Both the position numbers and the translations under genes were made by a program. Source: Rhodopirellula sp. (GTDB lineage: Bacteria; Planctomycetota; Planctomycetia; Pirellulales; Pirellulaceae). Taken from it: DNA of 64,000 nucleotides. Of the stretch, positions 49,869-58,635 are shown piece by piece. Each line of letters starts with the position of its first letter. Position 1 is the stretch's first letter. Below the pieces are notes generated by a model. That model was given only the letters and a program-made list of their open reading frames with translations, made no database searches and had not been told where the DNA came from. The stretch lies in assembly GCA_024644085.1 (NCBI GenBank), contig JAHELS010000004.1, forward strand, positions 894 to 64,893, in the 5' to 3' direction.

Positions 49869-51014
49869 ATGTTTGCATCACTCCCTAGCGCCTTCGCGAT
49901 TCTTGGTGATTACACCGCGGATTACGCTTCGTTTCCGGAATCAGCGTCCACGTTCGCGGCCGACATCGATTGGCTGTATTGGGCCATCACGTGGGTCTGT
50001 ATCTTCTTTTTCATACCGATCGCCGGGTCGCTCTTCTACTTTACCTACAAGTATCACAAGCCAAAGGGCGCGAAGGCTGAGAGCAACGTAGCGCACAACA
50101 CTCCGATCGAACTGGCGTGGTCGATCGGTCCGTCGTTCTTTCTGGTGGGCATGTTTGTGCTCGGCGCAAAATCGTATCTGGACCATCGCACCGTACCCGA
50201 TGGTGCCAACGAATTGGGTGTCCAGGCCTTCAAGTGGGGATGGACCGTTGACTACGGTGGAGGCACTTTTCACCCCGAGCTGCACATCTACGTCGGCGAG
50301 CCGACGAAACTTTCGATGCGCAGCAGCGATGTGATTCACAGTCTGTACGTACCGGCATTCCGCGCGAAGAAAGACATCGTTCCCGGCCGCTACAACTACA
50401 TGTGGTTCAAACCGACCGTCGCCAGCGAGATGGTCAGCGAGGATGAACTTGCCGACGCTTTGAAGGAGACCCAGGATCTCGGCGAGTCATGGAGCTACGA
50501 CAAATGGCAGTTCACACCCGACGGGTACAGGTTTTTTGACTTGTATTGCACCGAATACTGCGGCAAGAACCACAGCGAAATGCAAACGGTCGTGGTCGTT
50601 CACAAGACGCTCGACGATTTGAACGCATGGATCAAGAAATACAGCCAGCGAGACCCGTCCCAGGATACGCCGGCGCAGTACGGTGAAAAACTGTACGCCC
50701 GCCGTGGTTGCTCGGGATGCCACAGCGTCGACGGCAGCAAGCGAGTTGGGCCATCATTCAAAGAGAGTTACGGGAATCAACGGCCGCTTGCCAGCGGGTC
50801 GACCGATACCGCTGACGAAAACTACATCCGCGAGTCGATCCTGTACCCCAAGGCGAAGGTTGTTGCCGGCTACCAGCCGGTCATGCCAAGCTACAAGGGC
50901 CAATTGAGCGAGGACGACATCTATTCGCTTGTCGAATACCTGAAATCGATCTCGGACCATACACCCACGAGCAAAACGACCGAACCGTCCGCCGAGTCGG
51001 ACACGCCCGAATAA
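49869..51014 (+). CDS. coxB: Cytochrome c oxidase subunit II with fused cytochrome c (caa3-type)
   Basis: [17 protein letters not shown] (CuA site); CSGCH...MPSY. Confidence 0.95.
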   Translation: MFASLPSAFAILGDYTADYASFPESASTFAADIDWLYWAITWVCIFFFIPIAGSLFYFTYKYHKPKGAKAESNVAHNTPIELAWSIGPSFFLVGMFVLGAKSYLDHRTVPDGANELGVQAFKWGWTVDYGGGTFHPELHIYVGEPTKLSMRSSDVIHSLYVPAFRAKKDIVPGRYNYMWFKPTVASEMVSEDELADALKETQDLGESWSYDKWQFTPDGYRFFDLYCTEYCGKNHSEMQTVVVVHKTLDDLNAWIKKYSQRDPSQDTPAQYGEKLYARRGCSGCHSVDGSKRVGPSFKESYGNQRPLASGSTDTADENYIRESILYPKAKVVAGYQPVMPSYKGQLSEDDIYSLVEYLKSISDHTPTSKTTEPSAESDTPE

Positions 51015-51100
51015 GTGCGTTGTTGCCGAACATCGGCTGCCAACGTGATAATGACAAACATGATGACGCTGCGAGCGTTTCGAATAACGAGGTAAAAAGA

Positions 51101-52849
51101 ATGTCTGCTGGATCCATTCCTCCGGGCGCAAACGTACGGGACCCCGGGTTCCCGACCGCAAGTGAAAGCTACCTGACGAATTCCAAGGGATTCCTCAGTT
51201 GGGCCTTCACGCTTGATCACAAGCGGATCGGGGTGATGTACCTGATCGGCGTCACGTCGGCTTTCACAATTGCCGGACTGTTGGCGATGTTGATCCGATT
51301 GCACCTGCTCCAGCCCGATGGGGCGATCTTCAAGGGTGCCGAGGCGAACAACCATTACAACCAGGTGTTCACGCTTCACGGCGCGATCATGGTGTTCCTG
51401 TTCATCATCCCGAGCGTTCCGGCGGCGCTGGGCAATTTTCTCGTCCCGGTGATGCTTGGAGCCAAGGACGTTGCGTTTCCGAGGCTGAATTTATGCAGCT
51501 TCTACCTGTGGGTCTTCGGCGCGATCTTTTTCATCTGCGCTCTGTTCGCCAGCGGCCTCGATACCGGTTGGACATTCTATACCCCTTACAGCACGACAAC
51601 TGATACGTCGGTCATCCTGGCGACATCGGGAGCATTTGTGCTCGGGTTCAGTTCGATTTTTACGGGACTGAACTTCATCGTCACGATCAATACGATGCGG
51701 CCGCCCGGCATGACATGGTTTCGCATGCCGTTGTTTCTGTGGGCCACGTACGCGACCAGCATCATCCAGGTTCTGGCAACCCCGGTCCTGGGCATCACGC
51801 TGCTGTTGTTGATCGCCGAGCGTGCGATGCACATCGGTATCTTCGATCCCGAGTTCAACGGTGACCCGGTGACGTTCCAGCACTTCTTCTGGTTCTACAG
51901 TCACCCGGCGGTGTACATCATGATCCTGCCGGCCTTCGGCATCATCAGCGATTTGATCAGCGTGCACAGTCACAAGCGGATCTTCGGTTACCGATTCATC
52001 GCTTACTCCTCGATCGCCATCGCGCTGCTCGGTTTTCTGGTTTGGGGGCACCACATGTTCACCGCCGGGATGAGCTCCCTGACAACGATCGTCTTCAGTG
52101 CGTTGACCTTTACCGTGTCGGTCCCTTCGGCAATCAAGGTCTTCAATTGGTTGGCCACGATGTACAAGGGGTCGATCAGTTTGACGACCCCGATGTGTTA
52201 CGCGATCTCATTCATTTTCCTGTTCACCATCGGCGGGCTTACGGGTTTGCACCTCGGGACGTTGGCGACCGACATGCACTTGCATGACACCTATTTTGTG
52301 GTCGCTCACTTTCACTACGTGATGGTAGGCGGGACGTTGGTCGCGTTTCTTGGTGGCGTGTTCCACTGGTGGCCGAAGATGTTCGGGAAACTGTTCAACG
52401 AGACGGGCGGCCGTATTTCGGCGCTGTTGGTTTTCCTCGGGTTCAACCTGACGTTCCTCCCTCAGTTTGTGTTGGGGAGTCGAGGAATGCCCCGGCGTTA
52501 TGCGACCTACGATCCCGAGTTCGCGTATTTACATCAGATGAGCACATACGGCGCGCTGTTGCTGGGATTTGGATTGGTGGTCGCCCTGTTCGTGCTGTTG
52601 CATTCGTTGTTCCGGGGCAAGCGTTCGCCCGCCAATCCTTGGGGCGGTGCGACGCTTGAGTGGCACTGCACTTCTCCGCCACCGTTCTACAATTTCGAAC
52701 GGGCTCCGGCGGTGGGCGACCCGTATGACTTCGGTGACCTGGAATGGGACGCCGAGAACGAACGCTATGTCACGATCGAACCGGAACGAAAGTTGGTTCC
52801 GGATGAGCATCCCGAGACCGCTCCAGCACACGCCGAAGACTCACACTGA
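51101..52849 (+). CDS. coxA: Cytochrome c oxidase subunit I, A2 type
   Basis: [17 protein letters not shown] (YS motif of A2 oxidases), [22 protein letters not shown]. Confidence 0.97.
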   Translation: MSAGSIPPGANVRDPGFPTASESYLTNSKGFLSWAFTLDHKRIGVMYLIGVTSAFTIAGLLAMLIRLHLLQPDGAIFKGAEANNHYNQVFTLHGAIMVFLFIIPSVPAALGNFLVPVMLGAKDVAFPRLNLCSFYLWVFGAIFFICALFASGLDTGWTFYTPYSTTTDTSVILATSGAFVLGFSSIFTGLNFIVTINTMRPPGMTWFRMPLFLWATYATSIIQVLATPVLGITLLLLIAERAMHIGIFDPEFNGDPVTFQHFFWFYSHPAVYIMILPAFGIISDLISVHSHKRIFGYRFIAYSSIAIALLGFLVWGHHMFTAGMSSLTTIVFSALTFTVSVPSAIKVFNWLATMYKGSISLTTPMCYAISFIFLFTIGGLTGLHLGTLATDMHLHDTYFVVAHFHYVMVGGTLVAFLGGVFHWWPKMFGKLFNETGGRISALLVFLGFNLTFLPQFVLGSRGMPRRYATYDPEFAYLHQMSTYGALLLGFGLVVALFVLLHSLFRGKRSPANPWGGATLEWHCTSPPPFYNFERAPAVGDPYDFGDLEWDAENERYVTIEPERKLVPDEHPETAPAHAEDSH

Positions 52850-52918
52850 TCGGTCGGCGGTGCCCATCGCCGTCCACTTTGACGTTGAAACTCAATCCTT
52901 CTTCTATCGTTAACATCC

Positions 52919-54181
52919 ATGTCCACCATCGAAGTCAGCCCTGAGACGTCCGCCGACGATCACGGTCACGATCATGACCATCCGCCGTTTCTGGCTCACC
53001 ACTTCGACACGCCGGAGCAGCAGTTCGACAGCGGTAAGCTGGGGATTTGGTTGTTTCTCGTGACCGAAATCCTGTTTTTCAGCGGGATGTTCTGCGCTTA
53101 CGCGATCTTTCGCATGATGCGACCGGAAGTGTTCGAGGGATGCAGCCAGTTCCTCAACACGAAACTCGGTGCGATCAACACGGGCGTACTGCTGTTCAGC
53201 TCGTTAACGATGGCTTGGGCGGTGCGATGTTCGCAGACAGAGCAACATAAGGGATTGACCGGAATGCTCGCCGCGACCCTTTCATGTGCCATGATCTTTC
53301 TCGGCGTCAAGGCAATCGAATACTCGCACAAGTGGGGCATGGGTTTGCTGCCGGCAGGGCTTTACTTCTACGATCCAGCTAACCCACATCCACCCGATCA
53401 ACCACCCTACCTTTTCTACCTTTGCTTGCCGTTCCTGCTGTTGTTGATCGGCGTGGTCGCGTGGTTGGTGATTTCAATCGTTCGTGGAGACAAGTTTCAA
53501 ATCGATTGTGCCAAGCCGCTCACGGTCGTGTGCCTGGCGTTTTTCGTTGGGGTCGGGCTTGGAATGGTACTCGAAAGCGGTGGTTCCGAGTCGCATGCCG
53601 GAGAACATCACTCCGCAGAGCACGCCGAACCGCACGCCGCGACCGATGCCGCCGCCGCGCACGACACGGACCACATCGCGCACGCCGCAGGTGAATCAGA
53701 GCACGCTGGCGAAGCAGAGCACGCTGGCGAAGCAAAGCACGCCGATGAAGCAGGCCACGCTGGAACCTCTGCCCCGGCCGTACCCTTGCCCAGCGATCCG
53801 GTGCTCCAACGGCTCGCTTCGGAAGCCACCAACTCGGGATTGAAAAGCGAACTCGAGGCACTCGAGCGTCAGGCGACGGTGGCTGGTGGCTCGATCGTGA
53901 TGGATGATGATCAGATCAGCGGTGCGATTTCGAGCGTCGACGAGAACGTGCTGACACCACGCAAGGCAGGCGTTTTCTTCAGTATTTATTACTGCATGAC
54001 CGGCGTGCACGCGATCCACATCCTCGGTGGGATCGGCGTTCTGGTGTGGTTGCTGATTCGTTCGGTGCGCCAAGATTTCAACCGCCAGTATTTCGGGCCG
54101 GTCGACTATGTAGGCCTCTACTGGCACTTGGTCGACTTGATTTGGATTTACCTGTTCCCGTTGCTTTACCTGATTCGATAG
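52919..54181 (+). CDS. coxC: Cytochrome c oxidase subunit III with a large internal insertion
   Basis: GIWLFLVTEILFF, NTGVLLFSS, TGVHAIH, GLYWHLVDLIWIYLFPLLYL. Confidence 0.93.
   Translation: MSTIEVSPETSADDHGHDHDHPPFLAHHFDTPEQQFDSGKLGIWLFLVTEILFFSGMFCAYAIFRMMRPEVFEGCSQFLNTKLGAINTGVLLFSSLTMAWAVRCSQTEQHKGLTGMLAATLSCAMIFLGVKAIEYSHKWGMGLLPAGLYFYDPANPHPPDQPPYLFYLCLPFLLLLIGVVAWLVISIVRGDKFQIDCAKPLTVVCLAFFVGVGLGMVLESGGSESHAGEHHSAEHAEPHAATDAAAAHDTDHIAHAAGESEHAGEAEHAGEAKHADEAGHAGTSAPAVPLPSDPVLQRLASEATNSGLKSELEALERQATVAGGSIVMDDDQISGAISSVDENVLTPRKAGVFFSIYYCMTGVHAIHILGGIGVLVWLLIRSVRQDFNRQYFGPVDYVGLYWHLVDLIWIYLFPLLYLIR
53699..53764 (+). repeat. 18-bp-period in-frame repeat encoding EHAGEA-like units
   Basis: GAGCACGCTGGCGAAGCA x2 followed by two diverged copies. 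Confidence 0.8.
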
Positions 54182-54218
54182 AAATCCGACGCATTTTTCC
54201 TAACTGGTACTCAAAGCT

Positions 54219-54584
54219 ATGTCCGCCCACGGTCATTCAGAAGACGGTCACGATTTTGCTCATCCGATGCCAATACCAATGTTGTTGGCGGTATTCGGCG
54301 CTCTTGTCTTTCTGACAATCGTAACAGTCGCTCAGGCAAGCTTTGATTTTGGCTCGCTCGACGTTGCCATCGTGATGGTCATCGCCACGATCAAGGCGGC
54401 GCTGGTGATGGCGTTCTTCATGCACCTTGCTTTTGACAAGCCGTTTAACATCATCGTTTTCCTCGGCTCATTTGTGTTCGTCGGACTTTTCGTGATCTTT
54501 ACGCTTAGCGACAGCCAAATGACCGCTGGTGCGATGGAACCGAAGGTCGAGGATGTGGTCCCCGCGGCGGTCGAATCGCCTTGA
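54219..54584 (+). CDS. coxD: Cytochrome c oxidase subunit IV (prokaryotic CtaF-like)
   Basis: Three TMs; IATIKAALVMAFFMHL. Confidence 0.9.
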   Translation: MSAHGHSEDGHDFAHPMPIPMLLAVFGALVFLTIVTVAQASFDFGSLDVAIVMVIATIKAALVMAFFMHLAFDKPFNIIVFLGSFVFVGLFVIFTLSDSQMTAGAMEPKVEDVVPAAVESP

Positions 54585-54813
54585 TTTGCCGCTGCGTAGG
54601 CACTGGTGCGCCGATTGCCAGCTGAGCATTCGTACGGCTTGCTCGACGCCGTTGAGCACCCTGGCTCGAAGGCTTTGGGCCAATATCGGGCAATCCCTTG
54701 GGGATTGGGCCCCGTCTTATCTAAACTGGGGCGGAACTTTATTCTCATAGCTTCGCCCGTCGGCCGTTTTCTCCGTCGGCGATTCATCCACTCCATCGAC
54801 GGGCATCCAATCC

Positions 54814-55818
54814 ATGGCCCTGATCATACTGCGGTGCATATTCCTTCTCTGTGCAGGCGGAATATCGGCAATCATCAACACCTCTTTGTCCGATACCTCG
54901 ACAACAGTTCCCTGGCTGGTGTTCGTCGGAATCATGACATTGGCCCTGGGCGTGGTGATCGCGGACATCTACGCGCCTCGGAAGCGAATCGACACAATTT
55001 CGGCGATTTACTTCGGTGTTCTGATCGGCGTGTTGCTGACCTATGTGCTGACCATTGCTCTGGCTCCACTCTTGCAGCAATCGTTCAATGCGCCCGCGAT
55101 TCAGTTGGTCATTGCGTTGGTGCTTTGTTACATCTGCACCAGCGTCTTGTTGCAAACCAAGGATGATTTTCGTTTCCTGATTCCTTACGTGGAATTTGTC
55201 CGGGAAGTCAAAGGTTTCAAGCCCTTGATTCTCGATACCAGCGTTGTGATAGACGGACGGATAGCGGATCTGGTGTCCACGGGCGTGTTTGACAACCAAT
55301 TGATCATGCCCCGATTTGCACTCAGCGAGTTGCAGGCGATCGCGGACAGCGGTGACAAGTTGCGCCGGACGCGAGGACGACGCGGGCTTGACGTGCTGAA
55401 CCGGATGCGAGCCGACGAAAACGTGGATCTGATGATTTTCGACCGTGAGCTGCCCGAACTTGCCGGCCAGACCGTGGACTTGAAGCTGGTTCTGTTGGCG
55501 AAGCATTTGGAAGGGAAAGTTGTTACCGGCGACTTCAACCTGAACAAGGTTGCCAAACTTCACAATGTTCCCGTGATTAACTTGAACGAGATCAGCAATT
55601 CGCTGCGTCCGGTATTTCTGCCGGACGAGACTTTTCACATCAAGGTGATCAAGGCGGGCGAGGGTCCCGAACAGGGCGTGGGATATCTCGATGACGGAAC
55701 CATGGTGGTAATCGAGGGCGGGCGAAATCGAATTGGACAGGAATTGGATGTCCGCGTAACCAGCACGCTTCAGACGAATGCCGGGAAAATGATCTTCACG
55801 CGGGTCGAAGGCCGGTAA
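54814..55818 (+). CDS. Membrane PIN/TRAM domain protein (YacL-like)
   Basis: Four TMs; ILDTSVVIDGRI, RGRRGLDVL, TGDFNLNKVA, GVGYLDDGTMVVIE. Confidence 0.93.
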   Translation: MALIILRCIFLLCAGGISAIINTSLSDTSTTVPWLVFVGIMTLALGVVIADIYAPRKRIDTISAIYFGVLIGVLLTYVLTIALAPLLQQSFNAPAIQLVIALVLCYICTSVLLQTKDDFRFLIPYVEFVREVKGFKPLILDTSVVIDGRIADLVSTGVFDNQLIMPRFALSELQAIADSGDKLRRTRGRRGLDVLNRMRADENVDLMIFDRELPELAGQTVDLKLVLLAKHLEGKVVTGDFNLNKVAKLHNVPVINLNEISNSLRPVFLPDETFHIKVIKAGEGPEQGVGYLDDGTMVVIEGGRNRIGQELDVRVTSTLQTNAGKMIFTRVEGR

Positions 55819-55827
55819 GCCAATTCG

Positions 55828-56268
55828 ATGAACAACCTCGGTTCCGTTCACTTCGTCGCGCTGATACCGGCGATGTGGTTGTTTCTGTCGTGGCTTCTTT
55901 CGCGATTAAGTGGATGGGCACGATTGGCCGAGCACTATCGAGCCACTGGCCATGCGGCGGGTGAATCAGCGTGGATGCGAACCGGACGAATCGGGGTCGT
56001 CCAGTACCATTCGTGTCTCTGCTTTCGGGTCAACGATGATGGCCTGCGGATCACCGTCGCGTTTCCGCTGCGGCTGGGGCATCCTCCGCTGTTCATACCA
56101 TGGGACCAGTTCCACCATATTCGCGAAGACGAAATGATGTTTTCCCAGAAGGTGAAGATGTCTGTAGGGCACCCGACCCTGGTTCGCGTGACGATGCCGG
56201 GTTGGGTCCGCTATCGCATGCCGATGCAACTGCGCCCATCAAGCCATGCGGCCGGCTCCACTGGGTGA
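55828..56268 (+). CDS. Hypothetical membrane-anchored protein
   Basis: N-terminal TM; SGWARLAEHY and HPPLFIPW; starts 9 nt after the previous stop. Confidence 0.78.
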   Translation: MNNLGSVHFVALIPAMWLFLSWLLSRLSGWARLAEHYRATGHAAGESAWMRTGRIGVVQYHSCLCFRVNDDGLRITVAFPLRLGHPPLFIPWDQFHHIREDEMMFSQKVKMSVGHPTLVRVTMPGWVRYRMPMQLRPSSHAAGSTG

Positions 56269-56318
56269 CGTTTGGTGTATCATCCAACGGCATCCTTCCC
56301 CCGCGCCAAAGGCTGGTC

Positions 56319-57056
56319 ATGATGATTCGATGTTCCGTTGTACTTGCAATCTCGTGTTTCGCCTGTTCCGTCTGTTTCGCTTGCGGCGCCGAACAACGGG
56401 TGGAACAACGGGTGGAACAACGCTCCGACCAATGGGTGGACCTGGCCAAGGGGGATTCGCTCGATGGCTGGTCAAAAGTTGGCGGCGACGCAACCTACGT
56501 GATCGAGGGTGGCGTGATCACCGGCACGACTGGCCCCGGAAAAAACACGTTCCTAACCCGTGGGCCATTCGCCGATTTCGTGTTGGAATTTGACGTTCGA
56601 TGCGATCCGAAACTGAATTCGGGAGTCCAGATTCGCAGCCACCAGTACGCCGAACCTACGCCACAGGAGTCCAAGCCTGACCGCCTGAGAGAAAAAGGCG
56701 AGGTGTATGGTTACCAGTGTGAGATCCGAGCGGGCATCAATGGTGAAAATGGATGTGCCGGGAATTTTTGGGATGAAGGCCGCAGGACACGCTGGTTGGA
56801 CGATTCGGTCAAAGCTGCCGAGAAACAGCGGGCCTACAGGCCGGGCGAGTGGAACCAATTTCGGATCATCGCACAAGGAAATCGAATTCGAAGTTTCGTC
56901 AACGGCGTCCCCGTCGCTGATTTTACCGACGACCGCGACGAGTCCGGCTTCATCGGGCTGCAGGTGCACGCGATCAAGAAGAACTCCGGTCCGTTCACTG
57001 TCTCCTGGAAGAACCTGCGAATTCGGGAACTTGCCGAGGGCGAGTCGGTCGACTGA
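56319..57056 (+). CDS. DUF1080 (3-keto-disaccharide hydrolase-like) exported protein
   Basis: SLDGW, FADFVLEFD, NSGVQIRS, GYQCEI, GEWN, GFIGLQVH, WKNLRI. Confidence 0.92.
   Translation: MMIRCSVVLAISCFACSVCFACGAEQRVEQRVEQRSDQWVDLAKGDSLDGWSKVGGDATYVIEGGVITGTTGPGKNTFLTRGPFADFVLEFDVRCDPKLNSGVQIRSHQYAEPTPQESKPDRLREKGEVYGYQCEIRAGINGENGCAGNFWDEGRRTRWLDDSVKAAEKQRAYRPGEWNQFRIIAQGNRIRSFVNGVPVADFTDDRDESGFIGLQVHAIKKNSGPFTVSWKNLRIRELAEGESVD
56391..56422 (+). repeat. In-frame 12-bp tandem repeat (EQRV x2.7)
   Basis: GAACAACGGGTG x2 plus GAACAACG. Confidence 0.85.
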
Positions 57057-57078
57057 TCTCGGCGGGAACGATCTTCGC

Positions 57079-57134
57079 TGACGACTCAACGATGACGACT
57101 CGACGATGACGACTCGACGCGTACGACTCGACGC
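57079..57134. repeat. Intergenic 14-bp tandem repeat x4
   Basis: TGACGACTCAACGA, TGACGACTCGACGA, TGACGACTCGACGC, GTACGACTCGACGC. Confidence 0.9.
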
Positions 57135-57137
57135 TTA

Positions 57138-58601
57138 CTACTTGGTGGGGGATCGGCTTTCACGGTCACGGATTCGCTGCAGTTCTTCGCTCAATTCTGC
57201 GACGCGATCCGGGTGACGGTCGTAAAGGTTGTTCATTTCACCGACATCGCTCGATAGATCGTAGAGCTGGCCTCGTGGACCATTCTCCACAGGCGCGACA
57301 CGCTTGGGCTCGGAGAATCCGCCGGAACCGAGTGCGGTAATCAACTTCCATGGACCTTTGCGGATGACCATTGTTCCGTTGCCCGAGGCGAGCGCGATCG
57401 CTTCACGCACGTCAATCTGATTGTTGCCGAGAATCGCTGGAAGCATGTTGAAGCTGTCCGGGCCCGCATCGGCGGGCAGATCTTCGCCGACAATTGCCGC
57501 GAAAGTGGCCATCAGATCGGTGAAGCAAATCAGCTGGTCGCTGACGCTGCCTTTGGGAGTATTGCCGGGCCAGCGGACGATGAATGGCATACGGTGTCCG
57601 CATTCCCAAGCATCAGCCTTCATGCCACGGAGTCCGCCCGAGCTGTCGTGGGAGAACCGCTGGACGTCGTGTTCGTACCAAACCGGCCCGTTGTCGGACG
57701 TGAAGATGACCAGGGTATCCTCGGCCAGTTTGGATTCGTCAAGAGATTTCAGCACGCGTCCGATCATATGGTCGACCATCACAGCAAAATCACCGTATAT
57801 CCCCGCACCACTTTTACCCTGAAACTCCGGCGATGGCAGCCAAGGTGTATGAGGTGCGGGATAGGCGAGGTACAGAAACAACGGCGAGGCCTTCTCGGAT
57901 GCCGCGTGCGTATCGATCACATCGATCGCTTCGTCGGTGAATCGAGGTAACACGTCTTTCAGATCGAGGTCGGGGGCGATCCCGCCGGCACGCCAAAACG
58001 CGCCTTGGATCTTTGACCAGCCTTCGCTGTAGTTGGCTTCGATTTCGCTGGTCGGCGGCGAGACGGCGCGATCGCCGTCGATGTAGAAGTAAGGTGGGAT
58101 GTCGGTCGACGCACGAATCCCGAAAAAGGAATCGAATCCACAATCGATTGGACCACCCCCCAAGGGTCGATCGTAGCCCTGCTCGTTGAACCCGAGATGC
58201 CATTTGCCAACCATCGCGGTGCGATATCCGTGCTGCTTCAAGAACGAAGCGATCGTCACTTGGTCGGGTTCGATCAAGGCGTTTCTGGACCATCGCCCGA
58301 CGTTGGTCCGGAATGGGAACCGGCCCGTGATCAGCCCGTAACGTGACATGTGGCAAAGGGGACCCGGGGCGTGCGCGTCGGTAAACCGCATTCCATTTCG
58401 GGCAAGCGAGTCGATGTGTGGCGTGGGAATCTTCGAGGCCGCGTTGTAACAGCCCGGATCTCCGTACCCCATGTCGTCGACCATGATCAGAACGATATTG
58501 GGTCGGTTCGTTATGGGGTCTTCGGCGTGAATCGGTGCACCATGGGTGAAACCGATCGCAAGAAAAATCGAGAACGCGTAGAAGAGCGAACGTGGTTGCA
58601 T
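57138..58601 (-). CDS. Exported S1 arylsulfatase-family protein with atypical CHMSR motif
   Basis: PNIVLIMVDDMGYGD, CHMSRYGLITG, GKWHLG, PHTP, FTSDNG, LYDLSSDVGE. Confidence 0.93.
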   Translation of the reverse strand: MQPRSLFYAFSIFLAIGFTHGAPIHAEDPITNRPNIVLIMVDDMGYGDPGCYNAASKIPTPHIDSLARNGMRFTDAHAPGPLCHMSRYGLITGRFPFRTNVGRWSRNALIEPDQVTIASFLKQHGYRTAMVGKWHLGFNEQGYDRPLGGGPIDCGFDSFFGIRASTDIPPYFYIDGDRAVSPPTSEIEANYSEGWSKIQGAFWRAGGIAPDLDLKDVLPRFTDEAIDVIDTHAASEKASPLFLYLAYPAPHTPWLPSPEFQGKSGAGIYGDFAVMVDHMIGRVLKSLDESKLAEDTLVIFTSDNGPVWYEHDVQRFSHDSSGGLRGMKADAWECGHRMPFIVRWPGNTPKGSVSDQLICFTDLMATFAAIVGEDLPADAGPDSFNMLPAILGNNQIDVREAIALASGNGTMVIRKGPWKLITALGSGGFSEPKRVAPVENGPRGQLYDLSSDVGEMNNLYDRHPDRVAELSEELQRIRDRESRSPTK

Positions 58602-58635
58602 TAGGAGGACCATTCGAAAGGAAGGCGGGGCGAGG

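Noticed and set aside
54585-54813. ncRNA or terminator after coxD
   Set aside because: Only short hairpins (e.g. CAATCCC-TTG-GGGATTG) with no U-tract and no recognisable family.
54814-56268. Toxin-antitoxin pair (PIN gene plus small gene)
   Set aside because: The TM-PIN-TRAM architecture is YacL-like, and the neighbour lacks antitoxin features.
57079-57134. Possible CRISPR array (also 37261-37326)
   Set aside because: Units are 14-17 bp, directly adjacent, with no spacers, and there are no cas genes.
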